DNA of 64,000 nucleotides from the human T2T-CHM13v2.0 reference genome, Homo sapiens. This document shows, one piece after another, positions 1 to 15,362 of this stretch. The number at the start of each line of letters is the position of its first letter. Position 1 is the stretch's first letter. The stretch lies in assembly GCF_009914755.1 (NCBI RefSeq), contig NC_060926.1; one strand, 5' to 3'. The notes below the pieces were generated by a model that saw only the letters and a program-made list of their open reading frames with translations, did not search any database and was not told the DNA's origin. The position numbers and the translations under genes are program-made.

Positions 1-740
1 AAAGAGAGGATTCCAAGACCTGGAATCAGGGCATCTGGGCAGACATCTGAGAATCTTTAATCCTCAGGTTCCTTTGAATTCTCCAAACCATTAGCAACTC
101 TCCCTTCCTCTTGCTAGAGGAGAGCAATATCCCCTTGCCTAGAGACCCTGCAAAGTCTTCACATGAGGTAGCTGCCTAACAAGGAAATTTTTGTCCTTTT
201 TAAGATCTGCTGCCAGTTAATCTCTTTGCCTCTGAGCCAGTAACTACAGTCAGGTCCCGGCACAGCCCAAGCAGGGAAATATAGTTCCTGCTGCAGAAGT
301 AAACTGCTTATTCATCAAAGGAATATGTATCAGTGGGAACCAGAGGAAGATCATCGGGAGTGGTTTTAGACCAGGGGCTACAAAATGCTAAGTTGGATAA
401 AGAATAATTTATTGATATGGGGGTACTCTTCCATGACTCTGGGTTCAAACTCCTGACAAGGACACCTGAAACCAGTCCTAACACCCAGATGGAATGGCTC
501 CAAGAAGCCTGGATAGGAAGATGGTTTCCTGTTAATGAGGTGGAGATGCTGGATCTGAGGAGGTGATTAGAAGGGTCAGGGTGGTAAGATCATTAGTATA
601 GATTTATTATATGAGACCGAAGAATCCACACCTATGTTTTCTGGAAGGATAGAAAGGAGAATTCTCCTTTCACAGAGGCTATAAAAAAGTGAACTGATGA
701 AAGAGATGTTGATATCTTTGAGATGCACAGTTGGTCCCTT
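1..740 (+). mobile_element. Degenerate ERVL-class internal sequence (gag remnant)
   Basis: 369-554 translates DQGLQNAKLDKE*FIDMGVLFHDSGF...WLQEAWIGRWFPVNEVEMLD, resembling ERV-L Gag. Confidence 0.7.
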
Positions 741-749
741 TGGGAACCA

Positions 750-1165
750 TGTCATGTCCTCTAGGCCCTACCCCTCTAGCCACTGGCAATAATCAGGCCC
801 ACATAGGCTTTGACCAGCTTCACACTGAGGCGGTGACCTTTGGCTTTCTGGCCACAAAGAGGTGCCGGATGCTTGGCACTCACGCATGTGCAACTAGGTA
901 GTATGAGGGAGCTAACCCCTGTGAGGCTACTCTCAGTCAATGGGGAACAGATGCCGGTGAATAAATGCTTCCCCCTACCGCTGTCCAGGGTGGACATTTC
1001 TGATCCACATTTCATGGGGCTTCACAGAGAGGCATGGTATCACCAATCACTAATTGCTCCCAGCACTGGCCAACTTGTTAATATATTCTGATATTAGTTC
1101 TTCACCCGCTCCAATCCCACTCCATGGAATCAATTCCCAAATAAATACCTGCATACATGCTATCA
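750..1165 (+). mobile_element. LTR16-family ERVL LTR
   Basis: LTR16-like motifs gagctaacccc...ctcagtcaatggg...aataaat and ttcccaaataaa near the 3' end. Confidence 0.6.
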
Positions 1166-1694
1166 CAGAAACATGGGATAAAACAAAGCCCAATAGTTTG
1201 GAGGGCAGGGGAGGAGTATTTTTATGTGGGTCAAGACCTCAAAGCCTCCTAGGAAATTGATCTTGCAGCAGAAGTGGCAGTGATAAGAGCATCATCACCA
1301 GATACTCACCCCCAACCAACCTCCCACTGAATCTCATCACAAGCACATAAAGAACACGCCTTTTTTTTTTTTTTTTTTCAGTAGAATCAAATTCTTCCTT
1401 CACACATACCCTCCACACTGGGTCTTTTATAGCTCAGCCTGATCAGCTGACAGCAAAGTAAATAAATATAGAGACACAACAGTGGAAAAATGAGGTGAAA
1501 AAGTTTTAACAGATATATAAATGAAACTCTCAGGTGATCTTGTCATAGGATTTCAGCTCCAATCACATATTAAAAAGAGCCCATTGCAGGGCCAGGCACT
1601 CCAGGTCTGCTTAATTTTCTTAATTTTCTGCTATTGGACAGAAAATATTCTCCTTTATTCTAGATCTTTTGATAGAACAACGACTTCATCAATC

Positions 1695-1998
1695 TTTTTT
1701 TTTTTTTTTTTTTTTGGAGATGGAGTCTCGCTCAGTCGCCCAGGCTGGAGGGCAGTGGCACGATCTCGGCTCACTGCAAGCTCTGCCTCCCGGGTTCACA
1801 CCATTCTCCTGCCTCAGCCTCCTGAGTAGCTGCGACTACAGGCACCCGCCACTAAGCCTGGCTAATTTTTTTGTATTTTTATTAGAGACAGGGTTTCACC
1901 GTGTTAGCCAGGATGGTCTCGATCTCCTGACCTCGTGATCCGCCCGTCTTGGCCTCCCAAAGTGCTGGGATTACAGGCGTGAGCCACCACGCCTGGCC
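1695..1998 (-). mobile_element. AluY
   Basis: Full Alu, poly-T on +, TSD acttcatcaat. Confidence 0.93.
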
Positions 1999-2630
1999 AA
2001 CTTCATCAATATTTACAGCTAAACAAGCAAGAATATGTCATGACTTCACAAAAATAAACATTTAAAAGTCAATCCAAAAATAAGAATTGATTTTTCTGTG
2101 GGAGGTACAAACCACACTGTATCAAGAACAGGGCACTTCTTAGGAAAATGCAAGAATTTTAGCAAACCAAACATACCCGTCTCTTTAAAATATCTTTTCA
2201 TGCTTTATTAGTGTACTTGCCTTAGAGAATCATTTATGTATTAGCTGGTTTGGGGTTGTAATTCTTTATGCATATCAAAGATACTAGAACCCAATCAAGT
2301 CAACATGGGCTGTGGCCCCATGAAGTCATACATGCTTTTTTTATAGTTGGCAAAAACACTACACTTAACACAAAAATGGGTGTTCACGGAAACCACACAA
2401 GAAGAAGACAGGCTTGGTTTTGTCTTTCACATCGATAATGAAATAATGCAATGCACTATTACTATGCTGTTGACCCCTAAGTGAAGTGTAGTACATAATC
2501 TGATTTGGCTAGCAAAAAGGAAGTTGGGAAAGAGAGGCTAATTTAAACAGGTATCCAATAGTTAATCATTTCAGCAAACCAATTGGCACATCCTAATCTG
2601 CATGAATATTAAAATTATATTCATATATGC

Positions 2631-2921
2631 TTTTTTATTTTGAGGCAGAGTCTCACTCTATTGCCCAGGCTGGAGTGCAGTGGCACACTCTTGGCTCACT
2701 GCAACCTCTGCCTCCCGAGTTCAAGCGAGTCTCCTGCCTCAGCCTCCTGAGTAGCTGGGACTACAGGCACACACCATCACACCCGGCTAATTTTTGTATT
2801 TTTGTAGAAACAGGGTTTCGCCATGTTGGCCTGGCTGGTCTCAAACTCCTGACCTCAAGCATCTGCCTGCCTCGGCTTCCCAGAGTGCTGAGATTACAGG
2901 CGTGAGCCACTGCACTCAGCC
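2631..2921 (-). mobile_element. AluS
   Basis: Alu consensus match. Confidence 0.9.
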
Positions 2922-3794
2922 AACTTATATTCATACATGCTTAATCACAGTTGCTATATATCACAAATGATGCTGGATGAAGAAACAAGTAATCAAAGGC
3001 TGTATACTTAATAACTGTTGTTCACACTGAAATTTCTTAGGCTATTAATATCTAAGTTCTCTTCTGTGACTTTAGGCTATTTTAAAAAGGGGGAAAAATA
3101 CAGAAACCTTGTTACCATGGAGACTGTAAGCCGGTCAGCCCATCTGCTGAAGAGGATATATAATTTTGTAAGTAGAATTTTTAAAACCTTACTATGAGAA
3201 ACACTTCCTCAAACATAGCAGGGGTGAGAGAGTTACAGAAGATCTGGCAAACAGCCATTTGCAAAATTTGGGGCTATCATTATTTTGATACTAAACATGA
3301 ATTTGCAGTAATTCTTATTAAGGGGAAGCTTTTAATATCTACACATTAGGCTGCTAAAGACATGAAACCTCTCGGCATGTTCTATGTTAATGATGGTTAT
3401 GCCAATTTTTAGGGAAAAAAATTAAGAATTTACATTAAAAACTAGTCAAGGGAAACCTAAGATTTGGTTGGTTTGGTTTTTAAAAACTGCTCCAGATGTT
3501 TATTGCAGGTTTTTATAAAAATAGCAATTGGGCCTATAGTAACCCGAAAACAAAATTAGAATTATGCAATGTAAGCAATTATAGTGTGGAAGTACAATGG
3601 TATCTTTAGTACCTTATAATATTTAGCCTTTTCCTTCTATTTTCTAAAGGCATCTAATATTTCCTAATCCAGAAATTTATTCATTCAACAAACATAGTGC
3701 AAATATACCAGAGCCAGGCCTTGACCAAGATGAATGTGTAAGAAACATCAATGTAAACCACTCCTGCCATTTAGGAACTGGTAGAGGTGATTTA

Positions 3795-4220
3795 ATTTCA
3801 TTCATTCATCCATTCATTCATTTATTCCATAAGGGTTTACACTGAGCACCCACTATGTGCCAGACACAGTTCTAGGCATTGGGAATTGCAGTGATGAAAT
3901 GCAACAAAAATTCTTGCCTTCCTGAAGCTTGCAATCAGGTTTAATTTACAGTTAGATGACAATAATTGAGAGGGGCAGTTTAGAGATAAGAACAAGGAGC
4001 TGTAAGATGTCAGAATGACTCCTTTTGCCTGGAGCAGTTAGTTCAAGATTCCAGAGAAGTGACTTTTGAGCTAGGGCTTGAGAGATGAGCAGTAGGACAC
4101 CAGCCAAGAATGGGGACCATCATTCCAGACCAAGGGAGCACAGTCTGGAGGCACAGATCTGGGGGAATGTCCATCACGGAGCTGGCTCCAAGACAACTTG
4201 AGAGATCCAACGTGGCTAGG
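3795..4220 (-). mobile_element. L2 3' fragment
   Basis: ttcattcattc...gagcacccactatgtgccagacacagttctaggc is the reverse of the L2 3' end. Confidence 0.7.
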
Positions 4221-4451
4221 GGAGCTTAATGAATATTAAATTTTAAGGAAATGTGTGTATGAAAAGCAATTTAAGAGTATAATTATTTTCACAAAGATCT
4301 GTAATACTTACTTTTCCTAAACAACAAAATTCCTAGTTAAAGAGCATTCATGCCTCAAGATAATATCGTAAGTCAAATTTAGTAACAGTTATAGTAATCT
4401 TTTAACATTATAAACCTTTTTCACTGGTAATATCTCAAACAAGGCTTATGA

Positions 4452-4804
<353 letters not shown>

Positions 4805-6039
4805 AATTACCTCTGTTTTATAGGGTTGGAAACTAAAATTCAAGTTCAGTGGCTTGGTCTAGTATATGGTTAAGCTAGACCTTGAACTTACGCTTTTGCT
4901 GAAAATATCATGCTCTTTCTACTACCAGAATTTAGGGCCAATTCAAGGATTTTCATAAAATATCAGGAAAATGCTTTCAGGGAGCAATATATCACAAATG
5001 GCATCAGGAAGAAATCTATATAGATTTACTTGTGCAGTTGGCAGAGAGAATAAGGTCCAGGAGAGCAGACGGAAGTCAGCTATCAGCAAACTGAAACATC
5101 TCAAATCCAGCATAATGATTTCCTTATTGAAGGGAGCCAGTCGAGAAGGAAAGACCATCTTCCTTGTCATCCAAGGTCCAAACACATCTCCCTCTCCAAC
5201 CCTCACCCATCACCCCATGCCAAATTCAATATACCTAGAAGCATCCTCCTCTTTGAAGTGAATGCTTTAGCTCAATGCCATTCGCCTGTGTAGTAAACTG
5301 GCAATCGTGCTTTGCTATGTTTACATGAGAATTTAGCCACCACCCCCAGATTCTAGTGCCATCCCCAAGGCTGGCATAAGTTAGCATAAGAATGGGATGA
5401 TTATGAATTGGAACAAGCAGAGATTGCTAAGTATTTAAATAAACAGGTTAAGTAATGTTAAGGGATTGGAAAACAGTGCAGGATAATGAAAACAATCTAC
5501 AAAAATAATTAAAAATACATTTTAAAAATGGAATAAAAGAGATAATGGTGGGCAGATTTGTCAATCTGCTTTCACTCTTAAAAGAAAGTCCATTCTCCAC
5601 TGCCAGCTGTGTTCTCCAAGAGCAGGGCTCTCAGAACTTGGAGCATTCCCTTCAATAACAAATGCAATCCTCTAGCATTAAACGCTCTTATTTGACAACA
5701 ATGCAACGGCCTCATCTAATGAGGAAATGTCCCTAGCTTCTAGGTGAAAAGCAGTGATGTAGGACCAGAAGAGGCAGGACTGTAAGAGGCAGGGGATAGG
5801 GGCAGGCAGGATAGGATGCTGTGCTGGATCCAAAGCTATTGTCCAGGGTCAAAGGCTGAGAATCAGCTGAAGAGTCCTAGGTAAGCCCATGTGAAGGGGA
5901 CTGAGTTCAGAATAAGGCAGGCAGGCAGGGGAGGAATGGCAAAACAAAAGAAAACAATGCTATGCAGTCATCACTCCAGGAGGCTATGAATCCCAACAGG
6001 CAGGCTGAGCAACAGAGGTGAGGAACCCAGGGTAAGAAC

Positions 6040-6905
6040 CACCAACACTACCACCATCACCACCACCATCGTTGCCATCTCCACCACAGCTACCATCAGC
6101 ACCCCCCCATTTATACCAATACCACCATCACCATTACCAACATCACCACCATCACCGCTTTACCACCATCGCCGCCACCAGCACCCTCACCACTACCATC
6201 ATGGCATAATCACTACTACCATTCCCACCCTCCTCTCCGCCATCACCAACATCACCATCATCACCACCAGCAGCACCACCACCATAACCATCACCAAGCC
6301 ATCGTGGCATAATCACTACTATCACTACTACTGTCCCCACCCTCCTCTCCGCCATCACCACCATTACCGCTACTGCCACCACCATCACCACCAGCAGCAC
6401 CACCACAACCGTCACCACTGTCACCACAGCATAATCACTACTACCGTCCCCACCCTCCTCTCCACCATCACCATCACCCCCTCACCATTACCACCTCCAC
6501 CATCACCATCACCCCCTCACCATTACCACCTCTATCATCACCATCACCCCCTCACCATTACCACCTCCACCATCACCATCACCCCCTCACCATTACCACC
6601 TCTATCATCACCATCACCCCCTCACCATTACCACCTCCACCATCACCATCACCCCCTCACCATTACCACCTCCACCATCACCATCACCCCCTCACCATTA
6701 CCACCTCTATCATCACCATCACCTTCACCTCCACCCAACCCTTACCAAGCACCATCACCATCCTACAGTCACCACTATTGCCCCATCTTCATCATCACCA
6801 CCCCTGCCCTGACACCCAGGACCATCAACAGCACCATCATAACCACTAATATCACCATGATCACCACAACCACCCTCACTGCCATCACCAGTATTACCAT
6901 CATCA
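6040..6905. repeat. (CAC/CAT)n low-complexity tract containing a 35-bp VNTR
   Basis: About 7.4 copies of catcaccatcaccccctcaccattaccacct(ccac/ctat) at 6466-6723. Confidence 0.95.
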
Positions 6906-8090
6906 CTCTAGGATGTTCCCCCAACAAACAGAGAAACGGGCAGAGGCTTTAAAATGTCAGACTTCCCACCAGTCTCTGAAAGTGGAAGGCAAATACCGAT
7001 ACATATTATGGCCACCACCCTGCTTGAAAAGAAGAGCTACAGTGAGATGTGTTTTTAAATAGAATAATTTGCATCCAATATCTATATATATTATTTCATT
7101 TTTCAAAATTCTGACACCATCCTACAAGGCAGGCATTATCATCCTTATTTCACATTATTACTTGCCTAAGGTCACACAAATAGAAAGTGATAGAACATGG
7201 ACTCAGTCCATTCACCTGATGCCACAACTGATTCCATCAACAGCTCTGCTGGTGTTGCTTCTGAAGAAAATTAAGTCACAACCAAGTCCTTGGGAGGTTC
7301 ACTGTCAATGGGAGAGAGACCTGTAAACATATCACTGCAAAACAATGTGAGAGTTACTCTGAGCGTATTAAGGGAGGAAGAAACAAATCCTGCCCAGGAG
7401 TGTCAGATGAGGCTGTACAGAGGCTGTGACATATATGCAATCATGAAGAAAAGGAGTTAAGAGTCACCAGAAAAAGCAACAGAAGGGAGAGCATTCCAGG
7501 TGGAGACCAGCCAACCTGAAGGACACGGGCAGTGTGGACTCACTGTTGCTGGCTCTGCTGACTTTCCCACGTTTGACTTGGCCTGAGAGCCTCAGGTCTG
7601 GTCAGCTGAGCCATACACCCCTCAGCCACACACACAGACTCCTGCTAAGCCTAGCCTTGCCCTGCCTCCAGCTCAAATTCCAGAGCCCAATAAGTCTTTG
7701 CCTCCTGAGGAGGTCTGGGACTAAAAGATCTCATCTACAGGAACTCAGGCATCGAATACTGGGCCCCAGACCAAAGCATCAGCCACCAGAAGATTAAGAG
7801 CTGAGGCCAAAGTCAGTGCTGCCCACAGTCTCCCTGGATGCTCTCTATTAGGGTGGAAACTGTCCTGAAGCAGGTCAAGGATGAGGCATCCAAACAAAAC
7901 GAGAGTAAAATATTTGCTCACCTGCATTTCACCAAACTGTAGCTAATATCCCTGAAATCCTGTCACCTAATTCAGTGTGTGGGGTATGCATTTTGTCATA
8001 AGGTCTTTTTGCAAAGTAGATTAGGAAGGAACTTGCTGAAAGCTAGTAGGCCTTGGCAGGAGCTAATAAGGAGGACATGTGATTACCACC

Positions 8091-8421
8091 TCTTTTCTTT
8101 TTTTTTTTTTTTTTTTTTTTTGAGACAGAGTCTAGCTCTGTCACCCAGGCTGGAGTGCAGTGGTGCAATCTCGGCTCACTGCAACCTCTGCCTCCCAGGT
8201 ACAAGCAATTCTCTGCCTCAGCCTCCCGAGTAGCTGAGATTACAGGCTCCTGACACCACACCTGGCTAATTTTTTGGGTTTTTTTTTTTTTTTTGTATTT
8301 TTTTGTAGAGATGGGGTTTCACCATGTTGGTCAGGCTGGTCTTGAACTCCTGACCTTGTGATCCACCCGCCTCGGCCTCCCAAAGTGCTGGGATTATAGG
8401 CATGAGCTACTGCGCCTGGCC
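8091..8421 (-). mobile_element. AluS
   Basis: Alu consensus match with expanded middle linker. Confidence 0.9.
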
Positions 8422-8714
8422 GCTTTTCATTTTTGTCCATGCAAGAAGTCACTGTAGTTTGTGTTTGGGCTCGAAACTATGGGTCCATGGACATCTCTTT
8501 ACATAGTTTCAGGTAAACTCCAAATTACTTTCTGAGAAGACCCTCAGCCCTTGAATCATCTCTAAGCCTTCTTTTCAGGCACACGTATTAAAAGATATCT
8601 TAATTCTTAAAGGAAGACATCCTGTCTATCCTTGTGTAATACCTCACTCAGCTGATAATAAAGACTAGGACCTACCCAGATACTGAATCTCAAAAGTCAC
8701 TGTCATTCTGTTCA

Positions 8715-10110
<1,396 letters not shown>

Positions 10111-10399
10111 AAGTCCTTCTGCGAGGAACAATATTCTGGGAGGATGTTCTGCTGCATATGTAAATCATCACTTCATCTGCATCCATGATTTTCATAGAGC
10201 CCTCAGGGTCCCTGGAGATGCCTCTAGAACTGCTGCAGAGAGTATGAGGAGGAAACTGGGAGGGCGGTCCACACAGATCCCCTCACCTCATCAAAGCATC
10301 TCCAAATATGTCGACTACCAAAGACAACATCCACAATTTCATTTGAAGGAAATGCTTCTACGTGAAAACCAAACTTTGAAACTATTATCATCATGAGGC

Positions 10400-11030
10400 A
10401 TAGTCTGCATAACTGGCTCCAACATCCATTCTCTCCTTCCTTCCAGAAATAGAGCTGTCCCAATTTTTAGCCTTCACATGGCAACTCAGCTAGAGACTGC
10501 ATTTCTCAGCCTCCTTTGAAGCTAGATGTCGCCTCATGACAAAGTTCAGGCCAATGGATTATGAGCTGAAGAAATCTGTTTAACTTCTGGGTCATCCCTT
10601 TAAAAAGGAAGCTGCTTATCCTCCTTTTCCCCTTTTGAGCTACCTAGAAAATGGTAATGACTGTAGGGGTCACACTGGATCCAAAGATGGAATCTAAATG
10701 TTGAAAATGGCAAAGCCACCCAACAGCCTACGTCCTTGGACCACTGATCTCTTGGAATACAGCCAACCACCCACGCTGAACTGCCCACCTTCTTGTAGAC
10801 TGTTAAGTGACAAAGAAATATATATTGATCTTTTGGTTTCAGTATTACAGCAGCTTAGCATAGACCCAGGCAGAGTTTCACAAGCCAGTGTGTGGTCCAC
10901 CATGTCTCTCACACCCTCTTCTGCAGCAAACAGTAATGTTCTACATGGTGCCTGCTCTACTGGAGAAAGAACAGTGAGTTAACCCCAGCTAACCCACCAA
11001 GAGGCATGCAGAGTGAGTGCAAAATAAACC
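10400..11030 (+). mobile_element. Old MaLR/ERVL-type LTR (MLT1/LTR33-like) fragments
   Basis: catttctcagcctcctttgaagctagatg...aagttcaggccaatgg motif. Confidence 0.55.
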
Positions 11031-11038
11031 TGTGTTGT

Positions 11039-11348
11039 GTTGTTGTTGTTATTTTTGTTGTTGTTTTGAGACACAGTCTCACTCTGTCGCCCAGGCTGGA
11101 GTGCAGTGGCTCGATCTAAGCTCACTGTAAGCTCCGCCTCCCAGGTTCACGCCATTCTCCTGCCTCAGCCTCCCGAGTAGCTGAGACTACAGGTACCCGC
11201 CACCACGCCCAGCTGATTTTTTGTATTTTTAGTAGAGATGGGGTTTCACCGTGTTAGCCAGGATGGTCTCGATCTCCTGACCTCGTGATCCGCCTGCCTC
11301 AGCCTCCCAAAGTGCTGGGATTACAGGCGTGAGCCACCACGCCCGGCC
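11039..11348 (-). mobile_element. AluY with (TTG)n tail
   Basis: Alu consensus match. Confidence 0.92.
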
Positions 11349-11464
11349 GTGTTGTTGTTGTTGTTGTTATTGTTTTAGAGAAGTATTTATTATTGCAACA
11401 TCACCTAATGTATCCTGACTGATAAATCCTGGCTGAAAAGAGCTGCTCTAAAATCTCCCTGCTT

Positions 11465-11772
11465 GGCTGGGCATGGTGGCACACACCTGTAATCCCAGCA
11501 CTTTAAGAGGCCAAGGCAGCGGGATCACTTGAGTCTAGGAGTTTGAGACCAGCCTGGGCAACATAGTGAAACCCTGTCTCTACAAAATATTGTAAAATTA
11601 GCTGGGCGCAGTGGTGTGTGCCTATAGTCCCAGGTACCTTGGAAACCAAAGTGGAAGGATCGCTTGAGCCCAGGAGGTTAAGGCCGCAATGGGCGGTGAT
11701 GGCGCCACTGTGCTCCAGCCTGGGTAACAGAGCGATATCCTGTCTCAAAAAAATAAAAAAATAAAAGTAAAA
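11465..11772 (+). mobile_element. AluJ
   Basis: Diverged Alu. Confidence 0.88.
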
Positions 11773-12079
11773 TCTCCCCCTGAATTACATCAGACCAGAA
11801 AAGTACATCCATCACCTAGAGTTCTGAAAAAGGCTGATGTCTGAGTCCCACCCCTAAGAAATCCAGATATCATTAGGCTGGGATGTGGCTTGGACATGGG
11901 AATTCTAATGTACAGCCAAGGTTGAGAATCACAGGCATTTCTGAACCATACAGCAATAGCTCCTACATAATTGCTTTTATTGAATTGTACTCCAGCATGA
12001 TGAGAAGTATAATCTATATATTGAAGTATATGATAAGAAACAACTCTAGAATTATAAGGTTTAATTATTCAGGGTTTAA

Positions 12080-12381
<302 letters not shown>

Positions 12382-12645
12382 AATTTACTGTCTTATACAG
12401 TGTCAACTCTATGAGAACATGGGAGAAGTTTCTCTCTAGTTTCAGGGTGGGAAATTTGTGTAGTTTTCTTAAACAAGTTTACTTTTACCCTTGGACATTG
12501 AAAAATCTCATAAATGACCTTGCTTTCCTCTCTAGGTAGTTTCTAGAAAGTTCAGACTCAAATCAGTGAATAAGATTAGTGGCATATATTTTGTGTACTC
12601 TGTCTCATCTGTATTTTTTCCATCAGTTCATTGTATTCACCTACT

Positions 12646-13068
12646 GGTTTGGATGTTTTGTCCCCTCCAAATCTCATGTTGAAATGTGATCCCCAATGTT
12701 AGAGGCAGGGCTTACCTAGTAGGAGGTGCTTGGGTCATGAGGCATATCCCTCATGAATGTCTTGGTGCCCTGCTCAGGGTAATGAGTGATTTCATGCTTT
12801 GAGTTCATGCGAGATCTGGTTTTTTAAAAGAGTGTGGCACCTTCCCCCTCTTGCTCCCAATCTCGCCATGTGATATGTCTGCTCCCCCTTCACCTTCCAC
12901 CATGACTGGAAGCTTGCTGAGGCCCTCACCAGGAGCAGATGTGGGCACCATGCTTCCTGGACAGCTTGCAGACTGCAAGCCAAAATATGTGAGCCAAAAT
13001 AAACCTATTTTCTTTATAAGTTACCCAGTCTCAGGTATTCTTTTATAGCAATGCCAACAGTCTAACAC
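12646..13068 (+). mobile_element. MST (MSTA/MSTB) MaLR solo LTR
   Basis: ggtttggatg...ccaaatctcatgttgaaatgtgatcccc...aataaacc...acccagtctcaggtattc. Confidence 0.85.
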
Positions 13069-13213
13069 TCTTGTGATATCATACACAAGCTAACTTAAGT
13101 CATTTCCAGAATAAAGCAGGATATAAATATAATGTTTACATAATGAATAAGGAGCATGTGCTACTGACTAGAAGGATGAGAAGGAAAATAGTCAAGTGCA
13201 CCAGCTTACCAAG

Positions 13214-13705
13214 TGAATTAGTCAACTTGAGCTGCTGTAACAAAATACCACAGAATGGGTAACTTAAACAATGTGAGTTTATTTCTCACAGTCCCAGAGG
13301 CTAGGAAGTCCAAGATCAAGATACTGACAGAGAGCTGGGCTCAGTGTGCATGCCTGTAATCCTAGCTACTTTGGAGGCTGAGGTGGGAGGATTACTTGAG
13401 CCAGGAGTTCAAGTTCAGCCTGGGTAACACAGCAAGACCCTGTCAATAAAAAAGAAAAAGAAAAAAAAAAGATCCTGACAGATTTGGTTCTTAGTAAGGG
13501 CCCTTTTCCTGGCTTGCAGACAGCCACCCTCTAGCTATATTCTCACATTGTGGAGACAGAGAGAGCTCTGGTCCCCCTTCTTCTTCTTACAAGAGCACTA
13601 ATTCCCTCATAGGGGCCCCACCCTCAAAATCTCATCTAAACCTAATTACCTCCCAAAGGCCGCACCTCCAAATACTATCACATTAGTTAGTGCTTCGACA
13701 TATGA
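13214..13705 (-). mobile_element. MLT1A-type MaLR LTR interrupted by a FLAM/Alu monomer (13335-13470, +)
   Basis: gctgctgtaacaaaataccacaga...cctaattacctcccaaaggc; TSD aagatMctgacag around the monomer. Confidence 0.75.
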
Positions 13706-14362
13706 TTTAAAAAAATATATCCACCAGAATCTACTTATTAAATAGTTAATGTTACTTAAAAACAGAAATTCCTACCTCATCTTTGCAATAAAGGCAACTT
13801 TGCTGAACTGTATGTGCAAATATCAGGCCCGTGGCAAACACGGAGTAAGCAGGAAAGTCAGTATTAAAAGTCCCTAATGCAGTGTTTTCAAATGATGAGA
13901 ATCAACCTTGTGGTTCCACTCACCTTCAGCAAAGTTCCAATATGGCAACTTGTGTTATTCTTTATTATAGATTTAAAGCCCCATTAGCTACTTGTTCTTC
14001 CTGGTGGCTATAATAATTATAATAGCAGGAGCTATACTATTCCTCAGCAGACTTCCTCTTAATAACTTCCAGGATGCTTATCTGAGAACCATCTCACCAC
14101 ATTTCACAAATACTTCATCCTTGACAGCCCACTCTATTCTTTGCACATCCTTTCATGCTGCATGCATATACTTGAAAGAGTTATAAATTCCAGCTCTATC
14201 CCAAATTATCTTTCCTCCTGTAAACTCCACATCATCTCTTTGCTACATTATAAAAGAATGTCCTTATCTGAAGTTTCCAATATTTGATACTGAATGGCCG
14301 TATGTTGTATGAGTTCATCTCAGCACTTAAGTGACAAAGGCTTTCTGCCAAAGCTGCAAAAT

Positions 14363-14483
14363 ACAGTCATTCCTCAGAATCAGTAGGGAATTGGATCCAG
14401 GACCCTCCATGGATACCAAAGTCCTTGATGCTTGAGTCCCGCAGTCAGCCTGCAGAACCCTCAGACCTGAGAGCTAACTGTAC
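14363..14483 (+). mobile_element. Tigger/MER2-group MITE
   Basis: tacagtc...ggatccaggaccctccatggataccaaa...actgta. Confidence 0.6.
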
Positions 14484-15159
14484 AGTATATTCTACCAAAA
14501 TGAATGAGTTGACCACATACATCTGTGGACACAGCCATAAAGTCCTATAATATTAGAACGTGATGGAATCTTAGAGGTTACCTAGTCCTCCCCATTCTCA
14601 CCCCCGTTTTGCAACAAGGAAAACAGAGGCCTTAAGAAGTATTCATTCAGGCAGTCTCCCCTGTATCAATAGTTATGTGGTGTCCCAGAACTTCACTGTT
14701 TAGTCAGTTATTTGAAACTTGCTACATATTTTCCCATTAAAATAAATTGTTACAACAGAAAGCTAGGCTCCCAGATTAGTCCACAAAATCCTATTTAGGA
14801 TAGATGGTGGTGATGTTGGTAGGCACGACCATGTGAATGTACTTAAATGTCACTGAACTGTACACTAAAAAATGGTAAAGATGGTAAATTTTCTGTTATA
14901 TTTATTTTACCACACTTAAAACAATATCTAACTCATGAAGTGACTGAAAGTTGTGGTACCAGAGGAAGGAGGAGCAGAAGGAAGAAGTTCCCATGATCCT
15001 GCCTGGGTCCAAAATTCCCTTAGGAAACTGCCCTCCCCAATCTCAGCCACTGTGGGGCTGACCTCAATCTCATCTCTAGGTAGCCAACTGCTGCCTTAAG
15101 ACAGTCCCCCTGGCCATAGTGTTGGTTTATGAGCCATTTCAGTTCAATGAGATTCAAGA

Positions 15160-15362
15160 AATGTGTATATGTATGTGTGTGTATGCATATGTGTGTACAC
15201 ATGCACACAAGCACGTGTACACATGTGTGTGTGTGCTGCCAGGGACAGTATTTAAAGCCCCATTAGCTGCAAAAAGAAAGCAAGCAAGGAAAGCAAGGAA
15301 GGAAGGAAGGAAGGGAGGAAGGAAGGGAGGGAGGGAAGGAGGGAAGGAGGGAGGAAAGAAGG
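15160..15362. repeat. Alternating purine-pyrimidine tract (15160-15236) and (GGAA/GGGA)n tract (15275-15362)
   Basis: Direct reading. Confidence 0.85.

Noticed and set aside
6152-6427. 91-aa Val/Gly-rich hydrophobic ORF
   Set aside because: Translation of the (GTG/GAT)n low-complexity tract
6466-6723. CRISPR-like regular repeats
   Set aside because: Head-to-tail units without unique spacers in human DNA: a VNTR
15275-15362. GGAA microsatellite as an EWS-FLI1-type enhancer
   Set aside because: Only four consecutive GGAA before interruptions
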